Assembly: GCA_002269645.1 (NCBI GenBank) | Contig: NIVC01002708.1 | Location: forward strand, 83,910 to 147,909 | Reading direction: 5' to 3' | DNA length: 64,000 nucleotides | From: Macrostomum lignano | Taxonomy: Eukaryota | In this document: positions 58,709 through 64,000 of the stretch, piece by piece | Layout: each line of letters begins with the position of its first letter | Numbering within the stretch: position 1 is the stretch's first letter | Notes under the pieces: generated by a model | Told to the model about the DNA's origin: nothing | The model's database searches: none | Seen by the model: the letters and a program-made list of their open reading frames with translations, nothing else | Program-made: the position numbers and the translations under genes

Positions 58709-61182
58709 TTAACCACTCCGTACAGTAGCTAAAAGGCGCACAATTGTGTAAAAAACTAACCACGACTGATCGACGGCCGCTTCAGTCACCTCGTGGTCGT
58801 CAATGAACAAAGTCTGTATAATGCCTGTGCGCCGCTTGCCGCTAGACACGGCACGGATGAAGCAGGCATGATCGCCTACTGTAAAGTGCGTCTCAGTGCC
58901 TTCGTCTGTGAACTCGCCCTGGGGATGTGGGATATTGTGGGAATGGGGTCTTCGTCAGGCTGATAAAGTAGCAAGACTTTCTTCTATAGTAAATCAAATC
59001 CGTCTAAACATTAAGGCTCAAGGCATGTGAGGATGGCGATGACCCAAGAACTGAGGATCTGGGAGGCTGGTGGAACAGAAACTGAGGATCTGGGAGGCTG
59101 GTGGAACAGAAACTGAGGATCTGGGAGGCTGGTGGAACAGAAACTGAGGATCTGGGAGGCTGGTGGAACAGAAACTGAGGATCTGGGAGGCTGGTGGAAC
59201 AGAAACTGAGGATCTGGGAGGCTGGTGGAACAGAAACTGAGGATCTGGGAGGCTGGTGGAACAGAAACTGAGGATCTGGGAGGCTGGTGGAACAGAAACT
59301 GAGGATCTGGGAGGCTGGTGGAACAGAAACTGAGGATCTGGGAGGCTGGTGGAACAGAAACTGAGGATCTGGGAGGCTGGTGGAACAGCAACTGAGGATC
59401 TGGGAGGCAGGTGGAACAGCAAATGAGGATCTTGGAGGAGACAACAGTCTGGGATCTGACAAAACTGGCCAGAAATAAAATGATAGGGATCAAGATAGAG
59501 CCCAGGAAACTCACAGCTGTCTCAACGACTTTTCCATCAACGTAGACATCAAGCGAATCCTTCTCCAAGTACAATTCTCACGAACTCGCCATCAATAATA
59601 GGCAGCCAGCATTTGAGAATGCGCGCCTGGTTCTCGCTGAAGCTCTGCACGGATTTGCCATTCACCAACAGTTTATAATGATAATTAAAATCGTCTGCTG
59701 CGACGATTTCAATTGTGCAGGGAGTGCTGCCGATTTTGAAATGCTCAATGCCAACTAGCTTGAACATGAAGTCTTCGCGCTTGATGCACTGGCGGAGAAA
59801 TGCGGAGCACGAGGGAGGGCATCTTAGATAGCGTTCAGACAGAATCTCGCACAAGCTCGAACCTTCACAATATCTAACCTTCACAAGCTCTAACCTTCAC
59901 AAGCTCGAACCTTCACAAGATCTAACCTTCACAATCTCTAACCTTCACAATCTCTAACCTTCACAATCTCAAACATTCACAATCTCAAACATTCACAATC
60001 TTTAACATTCACAATCTCGAACATCCACAATCTCAAACCTTCACAATCTCAAACATTCACAATCTCAAACATTCACAATCTCGAACATTCACAATCTCGA
60101 ACCTTCACAATCTCGAACCTTCACAATCTCAAAAATTCACAATATTTAACCTCACAAGCTCAAACCTTCACAAGCTCAAACCTTCACAAGCTCAAACCTT
60201 CACAATCTTAAACATTCACAATCTCAAACATTCACAATCTCGAACCTTCACAAGCTCGAACCTTCACAATCTCGAACCTTCACAATCTTAAACATTCACA
60301 ATCTCAAACATTCACAATATTTAACCTTCACAAGCTCAAACCTTCACAAGCTCAAACCTTCACAATCTCGAACCTTCACAATCTCAAACATTCACAATCT
60401 CAAACATTCACAATTTCCAACCTTCACAATCTCGAACATTCACAATCTTGAACTTGAACATTCACAATCTCTAACCTTCACAATCTCTAACATTCACAAT
60501 TTCCAACCTTCACAATCTCTAACATTCACAATCTCTAACATTCACAATCTCAAACATTCACAATCTCTAACATTCACAATCTCGAACATTCACAATCTCG
60601 AACATTCACAATCTCTAACCTTCACAATCTCTAACATTCACAATCTCTAACATTCACAATCTCTAACATTTACAATCTCTAACCTTCACAATCTCGAACA
60701 TTCACAATCTCGAACATTCACAATCTCGAACATTCACAATTTCTAACCTTCACAATCTTTAACCTTCGCAATCTCAAACATTCACAATCTCAAACCTTCA
60801 CAATATTTAACCTTCACAAGCTTGAACATTCACAATCTCTAACCTTCACAATATTTAACCTTCACAAGCTCGAATCTTCACAATCCCTAACCTTCAAAAT
60901 CTCTAACCTTCTCTAACCTTTCGGTTTCCAAGCTTATGGTTGTGACGTCCGACAAACAAGACTTTCGACAATGTGAAATTTCGAGCTTGTGAAAGCGATC
61001 TAGCATTTTTTGGGATTGAATTAAGACACGGGACTTCGGCATTCAAACCTTACCTCTCCGTTAAGAAAGATGGCCCTCCGGCCCGAGGTCGTACCATGGT
61101 CAAACTGCACAACATGCACCCTATCGCTCAGAGGCACCTCCCATCTGGCGCTCATGACTTTTTTCTGGCCGTTTTCTTCCAT
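58709..61182 (-). CDS. FAIM: Fas apoptotic inhibitory molecule (FAIM), exons 61182-61054, 59788-59515, 58918-58709; +1 frameshift at ~59566
   Basis: WEVPLSDRVHVVQFDHGTTSGRR; FMFKLVG; RIVL/EKDSLDVYVDGKVVETA|GEFTDEGTETHFTVGDHACFIRAVSSGKRRTGII match FAIM. An extra base in gta ctt g gag aag breaks the frame. The start codon (61182 or 61155) and the extreme 3' end are uncertain. Confidence 0.88.
59045..59425. repeat. 31-bp minisatellite CTGAGGATCTGGGAGGCTGGTGGAACAGAAA
   Basis: ~12 near-identical copies; FAIM intron 2. Confidence 0.96.
59848..60920. repeat. 16-bp minisatellite CACAATCTC(G/T/A)AAC(C/A)TT
   Basis: ~65 copies; FAIM intron 1. Confidence 0.95.
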
Positions 61183-61732
61183 TTTTCTGCTGTTTTCTTT
61201 AAAGGTCAAAAGAAAAGGCCAAGCGCTGAAATCAATGGCATTCGTGCTATAATTTAATGAAAATATAAGCTACGCATAATACAAAGGCTACTAATTATTT
61301 CCTTACATTTTTCGACTAGTAAATGCAACTAACAAAGATAAACAGTAAAAAGCCAAACGTATCCAAGTCGCACATATGCACAATATTAATATTATATAAA
61401 GTGCAACTGTTGCCTTTGTTAAATTGAGTTCACAATAATTAATTTTATTTGAACAAACAATAAAACACTAATTATCGCCAATACAATTGAATTAATAAGA
61501 CCCTGTAATATATTTACGCGATGGAACAGGATTCAGGACTATTCAAACAGATTATAGATAGCAAAACAGAAACGGAACTAGCAGCAAGGGAAACCTTCGA
61601 TAAGCCCGCATGAATCACTGATTAATTAATTATTATAGCAATAGCAATAGCGGGCTCGGGTGAAAATGCAATCCAAGCCAAACCGGGTACCATCGCTGCC
61701 TCGTTGATATTTAGATCGCGAAAATCCCCCAG

Positions 61733-62148
61733 CTAATAACCGCCTCGACCGCCGCCTCGACCACCACCGCGACCGCCTCCGCCGCCGCCTCGACTGCCAC
61801 CGCCGCCGCCTCGTCCGCCGCGGAATCGCCCCGGCCGCGGTGCATCATAGTCTTGCCGCGGCCCATGCCTAAGCCTTTAGTGCCGGTAGTTCGTTTAAAC
61901 ATTGGCGCATTTTTAAGCATGTCGGGCAGAATGAAGAATCGAGCTTTTGAGCCGCGCAGGAAAATGTTTTCCAGATGAGCAACGCGACCGTCGCGGAATG
62001 TGACCGTGACGTCCGACATCTGGCAGTTCATATTCTCCTCGGCTTCTACTAGCATGCCGCGGTACATCTCGCCTGTGTCCATCTCGCATGTGATCACGTG
62101 ACCTTCGGCTTCGTGCAACAGTTTAGATGGAACTCCTAGCAAGGCCAT
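61733..62148 (-). CDS. SNRPD3: Small nuclear ribonucleoprotein Sm D3; 1-nt deletion at ~61827 before the RG tail
   Basis: [72 protein letters not shown] is SmD3. The RG-rich tail [15 protein letters not shown]...RGGY* (TAG 61735-61733) is in a shifted frame. Confidence 0.93.
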
Positions 62149-62329
62149 GCTGTTGACAAGCATGCATTCACATATTTAATTAAGGCCAATTAATTATCAG
62201 GAGCTAATGGAAAACATCTTCTTTCTATGATAATGAACTATGTTATTAAAGTGTACTTTAAAATAGCTGGATATTTTCAATTATAGATTGTGCTTTTCGT
62301 CTACCACTTTTTTGGATACACCTTTGGGC

Positions 62330-64000
62330 TTATGACTCAATGAGATTTATGGGCTATGACTCAATGAGACTTTTTGGGACTTATGGGCTGCGACTCAATG
62401 AGACTTTTAAGCTGACTCAATCAGACTTTTAAGCTGACTCAATCAGACTTTTGAGCTGACTCAATCAGACTTTTTGAGCTGACTCAATCAGACTTTTGAG
62501 TTGACTCAATCAGACTTTTGAGCTGACTCAATCAGACTTTTTGAGTTGACTCAATCAGACTTTTGAGTTGACTCAATCAGACTTTTGAGTTGACTCAATC
62601 AGACTTTTGAGTTGACTCAATCAGACCTTTTGAGCTGACTCAATCAGACTTTTGAGCTGACTCAATCAGACTTTTTGAGTTGACTCAAATCAGACTTTTG
62701 AGCTGACTCAATCAGACCTTTTGAGCTGACTCAATCAGACTTTTGAGCTGACTCAATCAGACTTTTGAGCTGACTCAATCAGACTTTTGAGTTGACTCAA
62801 TCAGTACTTTTGAGCTGACTCAATCAGACTTTTGAGTTGACTCAATCAGACTTTTGAGCTGACTCAATCAGACTTTTGAGTTGACTCAATCAGACTTTTG
62901 AGCTGACTCAATCAGACTTTTGAGTTGACTCAATCAGACTTTTGAGTTGACTCAATCAGACTTTTGAGCTGACTCAATCAGACTTTTGAGTTGACTCAAT
63001 CAGACTTTTGAGCTGACTCAATCAGACTTTTGAGTTGACTCAATCAGACTTTTGAGCTGACTCAATCAGACTTTTGAGTTGACTCAATCAGACTTTTGAG
63101 CTGACTCAATCAGACTTTTGAGTTGACTCAATCAGACTTTTGAGTTGACTCAATCAGACTTTGAGCTGACTCAATCAGACTTTTGAGTTGACTCAATCAG
63201 ACTTTTGAGCTGACTCAATCAGACTTTTGAGTTGACTCAATCAGACTTTTGGGACTTTTGGCTATGAATCAATGATAGACTTTTGAGCTATGAATCGATG
63301 ATAGACTTTTGGGCTATGAATCAATGATAGACTTTTGGCTATGAATCAATGATAGACTTTTGGGCTATGAATCAATGATAGACTTTTGGGCTATGAATCA
63401 ATGATAGACTTTTGAGCTATGAATCAATGATAGACTTTTGGGCTATGAATCAATAATAGACTTTTGGCTATGAATCAATGATAGACTTTGGGCTATGAAT
63501 CAATAATAGACTTTTGGCTATGAATCAATAATAGACTTTTGGGCTATGAATCAATGATAGACTTTTGGGCTATGAATCAATAATAGACTTTTGGGCTATG
63601 AATCAATGATAGACTTTGGGCTATGAATCAATAATAGACTTTTGGGCTATGAATCAATGATAGACTTTGGCTATGAATCAATAATAGACTTTTGGGCTAT
63701 GAATCAATGATAGACTTTTGGGCTATGAATCAATAATGACTTTTGGGCTATGAATCAATGATAGACTTTTGGCTATGAATCAATGATAGACTTTTGCTAT
63801 GAATCAATGATAGACTTTTGGGCTATGAATCAATGATAGACTTTGGCTATGAATCAATGATAGACTTTTGGGCTATGAATCAATGATAGACTTTTGGCTA
63901 TGAATCAATGATAGACTTTTGGGCTATGAATCAATTATAGACTTCTGGGCTATGAATCGATGATAGACTTTTGGTCTATGACTCAATGATATTCGAGGAA
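62330..64000. repeat. 22-bp GACTTTTGAGCTGACTCAATCA array grading into a ~26-bp GACTTTTGGGCTATGAATCAATGATA array
   Basis: Direct reading; runs to the window end, upstream of SmD3. Confidence 0.96.

Overview
Eukaryotic (metazoan) genomic DNA with GT-AG spliceosomal introns, GC/Ala-rich exons and minisatellite-filled introns. The style resembles the free-living flatworm Macrostomum lignano; this is an inference and is not provable from the sequence. Seven recognisable genes were reconstructed by hand with phase-consistent splice sites. On +: (1) a 26-exon, ~2650-aa ankyrin-WGR-PARP-regulatory-PARP-catalytic protein with an intact H-Y-E triad and no SAM domain (956-20864); (2) an ANKS1/AIDA-like SAM-SAM-PTB adaptor (25828-39807), whose third intron holds a full-length, young but doubly mutated Ty3/Gypsy LTR retrotransposon (30647-35650). 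On -: (3) ATP6V1F, (4) PRPSAP, (5) CED-6/GULP, (6) FAIM and (7) SmD3; the last two each carry a 1-nt frameshift. An intronless 428-aa orphan ORF lies on + at 56466-57752. Two copies of a tRNA-derived SINE with a MIR/CORE-like central domain are present, plus more than 40 distinct micro/minisatellite arrays. Most long ORFs in the supplied track are artefacts of these arrays. The most notable observations are: the non-tankyrase ankyrin PARP; a tandem array that duplicates an exon end plus splice donor; the one-intron-one-minisatellite pattern; an A-B-A'-B' CCAAT/E-box cassette upstream of the PARP; the CORE-SINE; a co-oriented minus-strand gene run with splice acceptors directly before the ATGs; the SmD3 frameshift that replaces its RG tail; and the orphan ORF. 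No prokaryotic features or CRISPR arrays were found.
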